Origin: Bacteroidia bacterium
GTDB taxonomy: Bacteria > Bacteroidota > Bacteroidia > 2-12-FULL-35-15
Length of the DNA: 61,654 nucleotides
Assembly: GCA_046594925.1 (NCBI GenBank)
Contig: JBKJQG010000306.1
Span: 1-61,654, forward strand
Reading direction: 5' to 3'
Both the position numbers and the translations under genes were made by a program. The notes under the pieces are model-generated. The model saw only the letters and a program-made list of their open reading frames with translations. It had not been told where the DNA came from and made no database searches. How positions within the stretch are numbered: position 1 is the stretch's first letter; each line of letters opens with the position of its first letter. Below are positions 36,443-45,975 of this stretch, piece by piece.

Positions 36443-38005
36443 ATGAAATCATTCTCCCTCCTTCTATTTTCAATTGTCTGCATGTCTGTATCCGCCCAAT
36501 CCTGGGAATGGGCAAGAAAGGCAGATGCGACTGCATCCTATGAATCAGCACTGAATACCAAGACCGATGGCTTTGGAAACATTTATTTGCGGGGAAATAG
36601 TGGCGGTGGCTCACAATACGGCAGTACAGTTTTAGGAGCGGGTGAATTTTTAGTAAAGTTTGACCCTAACGGTTCAGTGATCTGGGCGAAAAACATCAAC
36701 TTCTTCTGCCCAAGTTCTTATCACGTTTCCTGCTTCAATGTGGATGTAGCAGGAAATAGTTATTACACAGGACAGTTTCGCAACACATTGAGCGTCTTGT
36801 CATATAATTTAGTTAGTCATGGAGAAGAAGATGTTTTTATATTAAAACTGGATCCCTCCGGAAATCCGGTTTTGGGAAAGAACTATGGAGGACCGAGCGG
36901 TGAGGCTCCCGGTTCGATTTATGCCGATGAGTATGAAAATATATACTTTGATGGAGGATTCGGGAATACAATCTCGTTTGATTCGCATACCTTGTATGAT
37001 TCAACCGGAACGTTCTTCTTAGCAAAATTGAATCCCGCCGGAAATGCCTTATGGGCAACAACCGGGCATAGTTCATTCGCATACGGGCAGTTGATCGTGC
37101 CGGATAAGCACTCAAACATTTATGTTGTGGGATATGCTACATCCTATTATGGCTATTTCATTTCAAAGTTTGACGCCAATGGAAATCTACTTTTTCGCAA
37201 AACCGAATGGGGAATGTATGATTACGTTCCCGCGTTGGTTGTGAGCGACCTCGGGAATATCTTTTTGCTTCACAACGGGGCCGGCCATTATGCTTTTGTT
37301 CCCATTCTTTGTAAATATGATTCTTTGATGAACATGCAGTGGAGCAAGGGCATTGGAACATATTACGGATGTTATCAATTTTCCGCTGGGGTCGTCGTTG
37401 ATGAATCGGAAAATGTATTTGTCGGAGGAGGTTTGGGTGGCTACTATTGCCACGACGATTCTGTCTATTTCGATGGCGCATTGGCCTATATTGGGGATAG
37501 AAGTGTTCCCACTCTGGCGATGTTCAACACTTCTGGAAATCTTGTCTGGATCAAGTCGGCAAAGTCTTCCGATTACGATGGGGTAGGTGCGATGTGCATG
37601 GATAAAGACGGTAGCTTGATCGCCGCAGGAGGGCTTAATGGGTCAGTGGCAAACGATACTTTGGTTTTCGATGGAATCACACTAATCAATGATGGGAGCT
37701 GGCGGCAAATCTTTCTCTCGAAATTAAATCCCTCATCTGTTGCAACTGACTTAGCCGAACTGAATCCCCTTGATTTTATTAACGTCTTTCCGAATCCTTC
37801 TTCAGGATTATTTACTTTACGAATGAATAAGTCCCATGCGGAAGCAAGCGTAATTGTTAGTGATGTAATGGGCAGATGCATATTAAAAAAAGAGTGCAAG
37901 AATGAAACACATGAGATTGACCTGTCAGCACAAGGCAAAGGTGTTTACTTTTTGGAAGTAATAGCTGAGGGAAAAAAGGTAGTGAAGAAAATTGTGGTGC
38001 AATAA
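36443..38005 (+). CDS. T9SS-sorted beta-propeller repeat protein, paralog 5 of 5
   Basis: 520 aa with the same architecture. CTD variant VFPNPSSGLFTL...AEASVIVSDVMGRC. Confidence 0.8.
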   Translation: MKSFSLLLFSIVCMSVSAQSWEWARKADATASYESALNTKTDGFGNIYLRGNSGGGSQYGSTVLGAGEFLVKFDPNGSVIWAKNINFFCPSSYHVSCFNVDVAGNSYYTGQFRNTLSVLSYNLVSHGEEDVFILKLDPSGNPVLGKNYGGPSGEAPGSIYADEYENIYFDGGFGNTISFDSHTLYDSTGTFFLAKLNPAGNALWATTGHSSFAYGQLIVPDKHSNIYVVGYATSYYGYFISKFDANGNLLFRKTEWGMYDYVPALVVSDLGNIFLLHNGAGHYAFVPILCKYDSLMNMQWSKGIGTYYGCYQFSAGVVVDESENVFVGGGLGGYYCHDDSVYFDGALAYIGDRSVPTLAMFNTSGNLVWIKSAKSSDYDGVGAMCMDKDGSLIAAGGLNGSVANDTLVFDGITLINDGSWRQIFLSKLNPSSVATDLAELNPLDFINVFPNPSSGLFTLRMNKSHAEASVIVSDVMGRCILKKECKNETHEIDLSAQGKGVYFLEVIAEGKKVVKKIVVQ

Positions 38006-38120
38006 GTAACTTATAGTTTGCCATTTTTTAGTGGCAACGCAAGGACCACACCTCCCGACGGGAGCAGGAGAATGTCAGGAATAGAAACAGGTCACATTTC
38101 TTTAATTTCCCCATCTGCAT

Positions 38121-39011
38121 TCAGGGACGTAAAATAAAATCCCCTACAGCATTCGTGTAATTCACAAAGCCCATCGTTTGAGGAACGCTGCTATGCCCGG
38201 CTCCCGGAATGCGGTGCGCTTCTTTGTAAACGCCTTGATGATTGTTGTAAACTACGGCTCCATGTGTGTCGATGTTCAAAAAATCATCGGCTTCTCCGTG
38301 TACCCAGAAGAGGGGCTGTGAAACGGATTTGATCTTTTCTCCGTTATCTATGCTCAAGGTCGTGAAGAAGTCGACCGGCATAGCCAGTCCCGAACCGTTC
38401 TGCACCATTGTTTCCGCGGAAGCGAAAGGTGCTTCCAGCATCAGTTTTGCGGGTTTCATGCTGTAGTTGTCAGCTGCCATTTTTGTGGCGGGTGCGCTGC
38501 CCAAGCTGAATCCGTAGATCACCAGGCGGTCGTTGGAGAGTCCTTTGCTTTTCAGCCAATTCAATGCTGCATCCACATCGGCATAAATTCCTTCTTCGGT
38601 TGGTTTTCCTTCCGACATGCCATAACCACGGTAATCTACCATCAGCACTCCAAACCTGTTTTTGCTTTTTGTGTTCGCCAATAGTTTTGCGCGCTGCCAG
38701 TAGAAATCCATGTGGTCTTTGTTGCCGTGGCAATACATGATCACTGTATCTGTAGAAATTTGTGAAATGTCGCCGATGTAAATCGCGTAAATGCTGGTGG
38801 CGTTAGTTTCTTCTGGCGCTTTGGAAGCAAGCGTAAAAATGCTGACCAAACTGGAAGGGATCTGGTAGGAATTATCTAAGATGAAGTCTACTTCTCCTGA
38901 ATAGTTATCCAGTTGGTAGGATTCCAGCTTTGAGTTATTGAATAGGTTTTCGTCCAAAGTGAGGCAGCTTGTTAACAGTGTAACGCAAAATAGTGCAATT
39001 AGTTTTTTCAT
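38121..39011 (-). CDS. alpha/beta hydrolase lipoprotein
   Basis: 296 aa. N-terminus with lipobox LLTSC. Nucleophile elbow GFSLGS. HGEADD and GAGH segments. Confidence 0.8.
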   Translation of the reverse strand: MKKLIALFCVTLLTSCLTLDENLFNNSKLESYQLDNYSGEVDFILDNSYQIPSSLVSIFTLASKAPEETNATSIYAIYIGDISQISTDTVIMYCHGNKDHMDFYWQRAKLLANTKSKNRFGVLMVDYRGYGMSEGKPTEEGIYADVDAALNWLKSKGLSNDRLVIYGFSLGSAPATKMAADNYSMKPAKLMLEAPFASAETMVQNGSGLAMPVDFFTTLSIDNGEKIKSVSQPLFWVHGEADDFLNIDTHGAVVYNNHQGVYKEAHRIPGAGHSSVPQTMGFVNYTNAVGDFILRP

Positions 39012-39014
39012 TTC

Positions 39015-39677
39015 TTAGAATTTACGTGTATAGCCTATATAAACTCCAAAAGCTCCTTTTGTTTGAAGCGGTGTGACATAATCCACCACTAGCTTTTCGT
39101 TCGACAAATTGGGCGCGATGACTTTTGCTTCCATTGTAAAGTTCCAGCGCTTTCCTGTAAAGCTATGTCCGACCATGGGCATGAAGATCCAATGATTCTC
39201 TTGGCGCATTCCGTATCCTCGTGTTTTAGCCAGCTCGAACCAGTTGTCGGCTCCGACATAGAAATAATTTTTCCGTTTGCCGTATTCCCACATCGCATTC
39301 AAAGCCAGTTGAGGGTAGATCTTTTTGGCGTCTTTGTTTTTGTAAATGAAGTTGATGACCGGACTCACACTCAAGGCCGGAAGATAGTTCTTTTGTTTCG
39401 TGAACTGCTTCGTTCCGCCCAGCTCGATCTGGAAATTGCCATAAAGAGCAGAAGTAATATTCACAGAAGAAAAAACGGTGAGGCTGCTGTCAATCCCATA
39501 TCCATAATTTGCAGTCAGAAAGGGGATGGGAACGGTTGCCGTTCCATATTTAAGCAGCGGTCCGCCCAAAGACAAATTGGCTGCATGTTGATTTTTAGCC
39601 AAAGGTTTTACAAAGCGGGCAGGCGCACAGGAAAAAAGGAATGAAATAAAAAGGTAAAACGGAATCCTTGAACGCAT
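39015..39677 (-). CDS. putative outer-membrane beta-barrel protein
   Basis: 220 aa. Signal peptide, alternating-hydrophobic strands, C-terminal ...GYTRKF (terminal Phe). Its stop lies 3 nt upstream of the hydrolase start. Confidence 0.5.
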   Translation of the reverse strand: MRSRIPFYLFISFLFSCAPARFVKPLAKNQHAANLSLGGPLLKYGTATVPIPFLTANYGYGIDSSLTVFSSVNITSALYGNFQIELGGTKQFTKQKNYLPALSVSPVINFIYKNKDAKKIYPQLALNAMWEYGKRKNYFYVGADNWFELAKTRGYGMRQENHWIFMPMVGHSFTGKRWNFTMEAKVIAPNLSNEKLVVDYVTPLQTKGAFGVYIGYTRKF

Positions 39678-39740
39678 GGGTTTTATAATAGTTCAGTAAA
39701 GGTATTCATATTTGATAAAAACGTAAATTTGTAATCCAAA

Positions 39741-39959
39741 ATGAAAGACGTTTTTTATACCTTAGTAGTAGTGTGGCTGGTTTGGCGCATTCTGACTAGT
39801 TTGAGTGCACATCGTGCAAAGAAAACTTCTGCTCAGCAAGCTTCACCCAAAAAAGAAGGAAAAACGACCGTGAATTATGTCCCGCCTACAACTCACAAAA
39901 AGAAAAATGTAGGAGACGTAGAAGACGGAGAATACGTAGATTTTGAAGAGGTCGATTAA
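39741..39959 (+). CDS. small membrane protein (DUF4834-like)
   Basis: 72 aa. One N-terminal TM helix, a Lys-rich linker and an acidic tail GEYVDFEEVD. Confidence 0.45.
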   Translation: MKDVFYTLVVVWLVWRILTSLSAHRAKKTSAQQASPKKEGKTTVNYVPPTTHKKKNVGDVEDGEYVDFEEVD

Positions 39960-39970
39960 ACTTTTGTTTT

Positions 39971-40008
39971 CATCACTTCTTACCCCATCACTTCATCACC
40001 CATCACTC
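39971..40008 (+). repeat. CATCAC word array (4 units)
   Basis: catcacttcttaccccatcacttcatcacccatcactc. The last unit supplies the TGA stop (40003-40005, minus strand) of the SDR gene. Confidence 0.7.
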
Positions 40009-40797
40009 TTTAGTCATCTTCCGCATCAGCGTATAAAAGATCTTTGGAAAATACTGTTTCACATAAACCGAAAAGATCTCATAGTTGCCAATGTATTTAT
40101 GGTCGCGATCGCCTTTGACAGCTTTGATCACGCCTTTTGCGCAGTCCATTGCTGACATCCCTTTTTCCTGAGCATCGCTTTTGATTCCGTAGGGTGTTCC
40201 GTCTTCTTTTAAAAGTTTGGTGCTCACATCGGTATTGATGAAACCCGGAGTCGCAATCAGTACGCTCACATGATCCGCATACAACTCCTGGCGCAGAGAT
40301 TCGAAAAAACCGAACAAGGCGTGTTTGGATGCTGAATAGGTAGAGTAGAGTGGAAGTCCGTATTTGCCCATGATGCTAGTGATCACGACCAGTTTTCCAC
40401 TTTTTGCTTTCTGCATTCTCCTCGCAACCGCTTTTGTGAGGTTGATGGTCCCGAAGAAATTCACTTCCATCACTCTGCGGTCGATGGCAGTAGGAGTGTT
40501 CACTACCTTAGTGCGGTGACCCATTCCGCTGTTGTTGATAAGCACATCGATTCGCCCGAATCTTTGGATGACTTGTTCTACTTTTTCTTCGATGTTCTCC
40601 GTGTGTTCTAAGTCGAGTGGAAGAACAAAATAATTTTCAGGGTCGATGTTGCAAGCAGTAGCAACACGTTTCAGTTCTTCTTCCCGGCGCGCGGAAAGGA
40701 CAAGGATAGCCCCTTCCTTAGCAGCAGTATATGCAAGAGCTTCACCAATTCCTGATGAAGCTCCCGTAATCCAAACAATTTTCTTCTGTAGATTCAA
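40003..40797 (-). CDS. classical SDR-family oxidoreductase
   Basis: 264 aa; TTG start; TGASSGIG, NNSG, YSASK (YxxxK). Confidence 0.85.
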   Translation of the reverse strand: MNLQKKIVWITGASSGIGEALAYTAAKEGAILVLSARREEELKRVATACNIDPENYFVLPLDLEHTENIEEKVEQVIQRFGRIDVLINNSGMGHRTKVVNTPTAIDRRVMEVNFFGTINLTKAVARRMQKAKSGKLVVITSIMGKYGLPLYSTYSASKHALFGFFESLRQELYADHVSVLIATPGFINTDVSTKLLKEDGTPYGIKSDAQEKGMSAMDCAKGVIKAVKGDRDHKYIGNYEIFSVYVKQYFPKIFYTLMRKMTKE

Positions 40798-40817
40798 TTT
40801 TTCCTTTTTCTTTTTTA

Positions 40818-40890
40818 CCTAGTCACCTCATCACCTAATCACTTCATCACCCCATCACCTAATCACCCCATCACCTAATCACCCCATCAC
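40818..40890 (+). repeat. nine-unit 8-nt-periodic NNATCACC array
   Basis: TCAC occurs at 40823, 40831, 40839, 40847, 40855, 40863, 40871, 40879 and 40887, an exact 8-nt phase. The array fills the spacer between the 2OG oxygenase stop and the SDR start. Confidence 0.9.
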
Positions 40891-40893
40891 TAT

Positions 40894-41712
40894 TTAGTCT
40901 TTCTTATTCTTATCCTGAAAATCCAAAGATTTAACACCTAAGAATTTCAGAAATTTTTTCGCATTGATCTTTAAGGTTTCCTTGATCTCGGTGATGGCTG
41001 TTTTGGTCATGCTTTCATCCGGACGGGTCTTAAAGCGTGAATCGCGGTAAACGAAATCCTTTCCTGCCGGTGTGTAGTAATAGGCGTAAAAGGATTTACG
41101 ACTTTCATCTTCCGGAATGTTGATCTTGGCATAACCGTGGTAAGAAGTCTCATCCGTTATCATAATAGCTGCCTGGTTGAAATAAGGCATTACTTTCGAC
41201 ATGCAATTCTTTACATCTTTGTCCCAAAACTCCAGTGCTCCGCCATATTCATCTTTCCAGTTCTTGTTCAGATAGATCAGAAGATTTAGCCTGCGGTGCA
41301 ATTTTGCAGCGGGATTCATATTCACATCCACGTGGATGTCGACAAAACTTCCAGGTCCGCCTTGATGAACTCCCGAACCCAACGCATCGTATGTTGAACT
41401 CAAACCTTCGATGCCGGTCACTTTGCTCATCCACTCGTACATTTCAGGAGTATTGATGAAGTCGCGCAGTTCATTGAACTGAGGATGGTAGCGGTCGAGA
41501 TGGTATTCTTCGGATTTATTTTCGTTGATGCTTTTGCGTTTTACTTTCAAGGCATCCAGCTTCGGAAAATTAGAATATAGCGTATTGGCAGCATCGTCCA
41601 GAAGGAAATTCGGCAAGGCAACATGTTTGCAGGGGATTGCGGACTCGAACTGAGCGCGGATCTCTTTTATTTTCTCGTCGGTCAAATAAACCGGATTGAT
41701 CAGATTTTTCAT
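40894..41712 (-). CDS. 2OG-Fe(II) oxygenase family protein
   Basis: 272 aa; FVDIHVDVN (HxD) and a later SYHGY His. TATTTTTG box on the minus strand at 41735-41742. Confidence 0.6.
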   Translation of the reverse strand: MKNLINPVYLTDEKIKEIRAQFESAIPCKHVALPNFLLDDAANTLYSNFPKLDALKVKRKSINENKSEEYHLDRYHPQFNELRDFINTPEMYEWMSKVTGIEGLSSTYDALGSGVHQGGPGSFVDIHVDVNMNPAAKLHRRLNLLIYLNKNWKDEYGGALEFWDKDVKNCMSKVMPYFNQAAIMITDETSYHGYAKINIPEDESRKSFYAYYYTPAGKDFVYRDSRFKTRPDESMTKTAITEIKETLKINAKKFLKFLGVKSLDFQDKNKKD

Positions 41713-41821
41713 AGGTAATAAGGGATTTCAAACACAAAAATACGTATTTATTGGAGATGATGACTCCCTATTATCGGGTAAAATCTGCGGTTTTTAACAG
41801 TTTTTACGAAAAAGGAATCGG

Positions 41822-41850
41822 TTTGAGAGAACCGTTTTTCCCTATATTTG
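41822..41850 (+). promoter_or_regulatory. Bacteroidota sigma-A type promoter (TTTG-N17-TATATTTG)
   Basis: TTTG at 41822-41825 and TATATTTG at 41843-41850, ending 27 nt upstream of the ATG at 41878. Confidence 0.5.
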
Positions 41851-41877
41851 TGGGTAAGACAAAAAGCCGCCATACCT

Positions 41878-44433
41878 ATGAACAACATCAATTTCAAGTC
41901 ACTTTTGCCCATTGTTACGGGAATCGTAATTTTTATCGTTCTCACCTTCGGTTATTTCACGCCTTTGACAAAAGGGAAAGCGATCGTTCAGAGCGACATG
42001 GTTCAGAACCGTGGTATGTCGAAAGAAGTGGTGGATCACCGGGAAAAGTACCAGGAAGAAGCATTGTGGACCAACTCCATGTTCGGCGGGATGCCCACCT
42101 TTCAGATCTCAGTGACTTATCCGTCGAACTTGATCACTCCCTTAAGGAATTTCTTCATGCTTGGTTTCCCTACGCCAGCAAACATGGTATTCTCATACAT
42201 GCTAGGTTTTTTCATTCTACTGCTGGTGCTGAAGGTGGATAAATGGCTGAGCATAGTCGGGGCTATAGCCTTTGGGTTCTCGGCCTTCTTCTTTCTCATC
42301 ATCGATGCGGGGCACAATACACAGGCGCTGGCCATTGCGTACATGGCTCCTGTGTTTGCAGGAGTGGTATTGGTTTGCAGAGGACGATATTTATTGGGAG
42401 GTGCGTTGACCGGAATTTTCTTCGCGCTGGAATTGGTTTGTAATCACCCGCAGATTGCTTATTACCTGACTTTGGGTTGTATGATCTACGTTTTATTTGA
42501 GTGGGTCGCTAGAGTAAGACAAAAACAATACATGGACATTGTAAAAGGGTTCACGGTATTTGCTATTGCCGGAATATTGGCCATCGGGTGTAACATTACA
42601 AATCTTTGGAATACTTACGATTATGCAAAGTCAACCATACGTGGGCCCTCGGAATTAAAATCAGCCAATGTAACCGAAAACGGAACATCCGGATTGGATA
42701 AGGATTATGTGACGCAATGGAGCTTGGGTAAAGGAGAGACATTCACGCTGATGATTCCCGGATTCAAAGGCCGTTCCTCCAGTGTCTTATTCAAAGAAAA
42801 TAAAAGTGCTTTGAAAGAAGCGGATCCTCAGATGCGCGATACAGTAGCTAACTTTCCTCAGTATTGGGGTGAACAGCCTTTTACGGATTCTCCTTATTCA
42901 GGAGCCATCGTCATCTTCCTGTTTGTATTGGGTTTATTTATCGTTGAAGGACGGATGAAATGGGCGCTTTTGACTATTACAATTTTTTCGATCATGCTGG
43001 CTTGGGGACATAATTTCATGTGGCTCACGAGTTTATTCCTGGATTATTTTCCTGGCTACAACAAATTCCGGGCAGTGACGATGATCCTCGTTTTAGCCGA
43101 GTTCGCCATTCCTTTGCTGGCCATCCTAGCTTTGGATAAGATTCTTAAGACGCCTGATATTTTTAAAAATAACATTCAGTTGGGCCTGAAATGGAAAAGT
43201 GTGAAACTGTTTGAAAAAGAAGTATCGTTTCAGAATATTTTCATGCTTTCTTTTGGATTGACTGGCGGATTGTGTTTGCTGCTTTATGTCATGCCGACTG
43301 CATTTGTTGATTTCACCTGGGTGCAGGATGCTAAGTATTATGACTCTTTCTCGAAAAGCAATGGTGCCGACATAGCCCAGAGATTAATTGATAGTCTGGA
43401 GAATGTCCGCATTGCGATCTTTAAATCGGAAGCCATACGCAGTTTCTTTTTCATTGCAGTGGCTGCGATCCTTGTCTGGCTGTTTGCAAAAAGAATCATC
43501 GGAAAAGGCGTGTTGATTCCTGTGCTTGCTGTTTTGATTCTTTTTGATCTTGCTTTAGTTGACAAAACTTATCTGAACGATAAAAATTTCACAGGAAAAA
43601 AAGAAGCGGCTAACCCGTTTCCAATGACGGAGGCCGACAGAATGGTGCTGGAAGATAAAGATCCGAATTACAGGGTGCTGGACATGATGGACATGCAGAA
43701 CGGACCGTTCAATTCGGCTCGTGCTTCTTTCTATCACAAGTCCATTGGCGGTTATCACGCTGCGAAACTAAGACGTTATCAGGAGCTGATTGAGGCACAC
43801 ATCGGAAATAGCATTCAGAACATTGTAACAACAATGAACTCCAGTCCAACCGATTCGGCTCTGCGTGCAACTTTTGCTCAACAAGGTGTTCTTAACATGC
43901 TGAACATGCGTTACATCATCTACAACGCACAAGCTCAACCGATCCAAAACAGATACGCTTTGGGTAATGCCTGGTTTGTTAATGAGGTGAAAATGGTTAA
44001 AGACGCGAACGAAGAATTGAAAGCTGTCGGAGAGATTAATCCTGCAAAAACGATTGTCGTGGATGAACGTTATAAAGGGCAGTTGGATGGTTTTACTCCT
44101 AAAGCAGATCCTTCAGCAACTATTCAATTGTCGGAATACAGACCCAATCATTTGACTTATCAATCCAATGCAGCTTCCGAACAACTGGCCGTATTCTCTG
44201 AAATTTATTATAAGGACTGGGTAGTTTATGTAGACGGACAGAAGAGCACTTATTTCGGCGGAGATTGGGTGTTGCGTGCAATGCGCGTTCCGGCTGGGAA
44301 ACATACGATCGAATTCAAATTTGAGCCTGAAAAATATTATACCGGAGAAAAGATCGCACTTGCCTGCTGTCTGCTTTTATTCGGATTCGCCGGAGCTTCC
44401 TTATTCATGGCTTGGAAAAAGAAAGAGTTGTAA
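41878..44433 (+). CDS. YfhO-family polytopic membrane protein (putative glycan transferase)
   Basis: Start moved to the ATG at 41878 (MNNINFKSLLP...) because the ORF-track start lies in the -7 box. About 850 aa: many TM helices, then a large C-terminal extracytoplasmic domain and a final TM. Confidence 0.7.
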   Translation: MNNINFKSLLPIVTGIVIFIVLTFGYFTPLTKGKAIVQSDMVQNRGMSKEVVDHREKYQEEALWTNSMFGGMPTFQISVTYPSNLITPLRNFFMLGFPTPANMVFSYMLGFFILLLVLKVDKWLSIVGAIAFGFSAFFFLIIDAGHNTQALAIAYMAPVFAGVVLVCRGRYLLGGALTGIFFALELVCNHPQIAYYLTLGCMIYVLFEWVARVRQKQYMDIVKGFTVFAIAGILAIGCNITNLWNTYDYAKSTIRGPSELKSANVTENGTSGLDKDYVTQWSLGKGETFTLMIPGFKGRSSSVLFKENKSALKEADPQMRDTVANFPQYWGEQPFTDSPYSGAIVIFLFVLGLFIVEGRMKWALLTITIFSIMLAWGHNFMWLTSLFLDYFPGYNKFRAVTMILVLAEFAIPLLAILALDKILKTPDIFKNNIQLGLKWKSVKLFEKEVSFQNIFMLSFGLTGGLCLLLYVMPTAFVDFTWVQDAKYYDSFSKSNGADIAQRLIDSLENVRIAIFKSEAIRSFFFIAVAAILVWLFAKRIIGKGVLIPVLAVLILFDLALVDKTYLNDKNFTGKKEAANPFPMTEADRMVLEDKDPNYRVLDMMDMQNGPFNSARASFYHKSIGGYHAAKLRRYQELIEAHIGNSIQNIVTTMNSSPTDSALRATFAQQGVLNMLNMRYIIYNAQAQPIQNRYALGNAWFVNEVKMVKDANEELKAVGEINPAKTIVVDERYKGQLDGFTPKADPSATIQLSEYRPNHLTYQSNAASEQLAVFSEIYYKDWVVYVDGQKSTYFGGDWVLRAMRVPAGKHTIEFKFEPEKYYTGEKIALACCLLLFGFAGASLFMAWKKKEL

Positions 44434-44448
44434 AGAAAAAAAATGTTA

Positions 44449-44488
44449 TAAAAAATTCCGCCCGGGAAATCGTGGCGGATTTTTTTTT
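44449..44488. terminator. bidirectional rho-independent terminator
   Basis: A-rich run, TCCGCC (44457-44462), 11-nt loop, GGCGGA, T9. Lies between convergent yfhO and wzx. Confidence 0.75.
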
Positions 44489-45968
44489 AGATGTTGATCG
44501 AAAACCGTTTCAGGTTCTTTCGGATCTTGTTGTTAAGTTCCGGAGCTGCATTCATTTTAAACAGCAGGATCAGGAACAAACCTCCTACCAGACTGCTTCT
44601 GATGGCAATGTCAATGTATTTATCCGAAAACGCCGGAATGAAAAAGCTCGGAAGGATCGCTATCCCGGCTATCAAGATGATTTTGATTGAATTCAAATCG
44701 TAAGGCTGCATTCCGAATTTTACTTTCAGGAACAGAAAACGGATGATGTTATTGGCCGAAAGCGTAATGGCCGTGGCCAAAGCCGACCCGATAATACCAT
44801 AAATCGGAATAAAGATGAGGTTGGCAAGAATGATTACTCCCACCATTAAAAGCGTAAAGAAAGTGTCGTAACGATAATATTTTGAATTCGCGATGATCAC
44901 CTGGTTGATTCCTGTCGACATTTCTACCAGATAACCCACACTCAAAATGATGATCACATTTTTTCCGGATGCATAAGCTTCAGGGATAAGGTGCATGATG
45001 TTGTTGATGTTGGCGACTACACCAATGAATAAAAGAATTCCGATTGCCATTTGGTTGTTGCAGGATTTTTTATACAAAGAGGCCACTTCGATGAAATCTT
45101 CTTTTTTAAATGCTTCGGATACAACGCTGGTCATGATGCGGTAGAGTGAGCGGGCAGGAATTAGCATAATTGCGCCGATCTGAATCGCTATTCCATAGAT
45201 CCCGGTTTTTTCTTCCCCGAGCATAGAGTTGACCATGATCGTATCAATGTTCAGGATGATGGCTCCGGCTCCACCCGTTATGATGGCGTACGATCCTAAT
45301 TTGAGCATGTCCGTCTTTAGTTCCTTGGTCATGAACCCCTTCACTGGCCTGATGTGCCATTCGCCCTGCCGGATAATGAAGAACAGTAAAATGAAAGTGG
45401 GAATGCAAATGATCAATATGTAGAGGAAGATAAAGATGCTGAAATCGATGAGTTTTAAAAAGTAGACACCCAATAAGATCAGAATAAGAATACGCTGAAG
45501 GAAGTCTTTACTGAACGATCCAATGACGGAACTAAATCCTGCTCTTAAGTAACTGTCGAAGATGTTAAAAAAAATCGTGAAGAAAGTTAAGGGGAGCAAA
45601 TAGAACAAGTAGGTGACAAAAAGAGGTGATTTGGCGGCGCTATCTTCTATCAGTTTTGGCTGTATGAAAATGAAAACAATGCAGCATAAGAGAAACCCTA
45701 TAGCAGAAACAAGCATAGCGTAGAATAGAAATCCGTTGTGCCCTTTCTCTTTGTCCCTGAAATAAGGAAAAAATCGGTTGGTGACAGAAACGAATCCCAA
45801 ATTGGAGAATTGAGCGAATAAAGCAGCATAGGAGATTAATAATCCCCGTGCACCATTTTCTGCGGGACTTAGTAAATGTGCGATCCACATTACCGTCAGA
45901 AAGCCCAGCCCAGCCCCTAGATAGGAGTAGATGGCATTCTTGGTAGCTTGTTTTTCTATGATGCCCAA
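44487..45968 (-). CDS. Wzx-type oligosaccharide flippase (MOP superfamily), copy 1
   Basis: 493 aa with about 12-14 TM helices. N-terminus is paralogous to the ORF at 59688. Confidence 0.75.
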   Translation of the reverse strand: MGIIEKQATKNAIYSYLGAGLGFLTVMWIAHLLSPAENGARGLLISYAALFAQFSNLGFVSVTNRFFPYFRDKEKGHNGFLFYAMLVSAIGFLLCCIVFIFIQPKLIEDSAAKSPLFVTYLFYLLPLTFFTIFFNIFDSYLRAGFSSVIGSFSKDFLQRILILILLGVYFLKLIDFSIFIFLYILIICIPTFILLFFIIRQGEWHIRPVKGFMTKELKTDMLKLGSYAIITGGAGAIILNIDTIMVNSMLGEEKTGIYGIAIQIGAIMLIPARSLYRIMTSVVSEAFKKEDFIEVASLYKKSCNNQMAIGILLFIGVVANINNIMHLIPEAYASGKNVIIILSVGYLVEMSTGINQVIIANSKYYRYDTFFTLLMVGVIILANLIFIPIYGIIGSALATAITLSANNIIRFLFLKVKFGMQPYDLNSIKIILIAGIAILPSFFIPAFSDKYIDIAIRSSLVGGLFLILLFKMNAAPELNNKIRKNLKRFSINI

Positions 45969-45975
45969 TGTGTAC

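Noticed and set aside
38018-38037. TTGCCA-N8-TGGCAA hairpin after the last array gene as a terminator
   Set aside because: No U-tract follows on either strand. A 6-bp AT-containing stem alone is insufficient.
40818-40890. Regular repeat array as a CRISPR
   Set aside because: The period is only 8 nt with no unique spacers, and no cas genes are present. It is a microsatellite-like octamer array.
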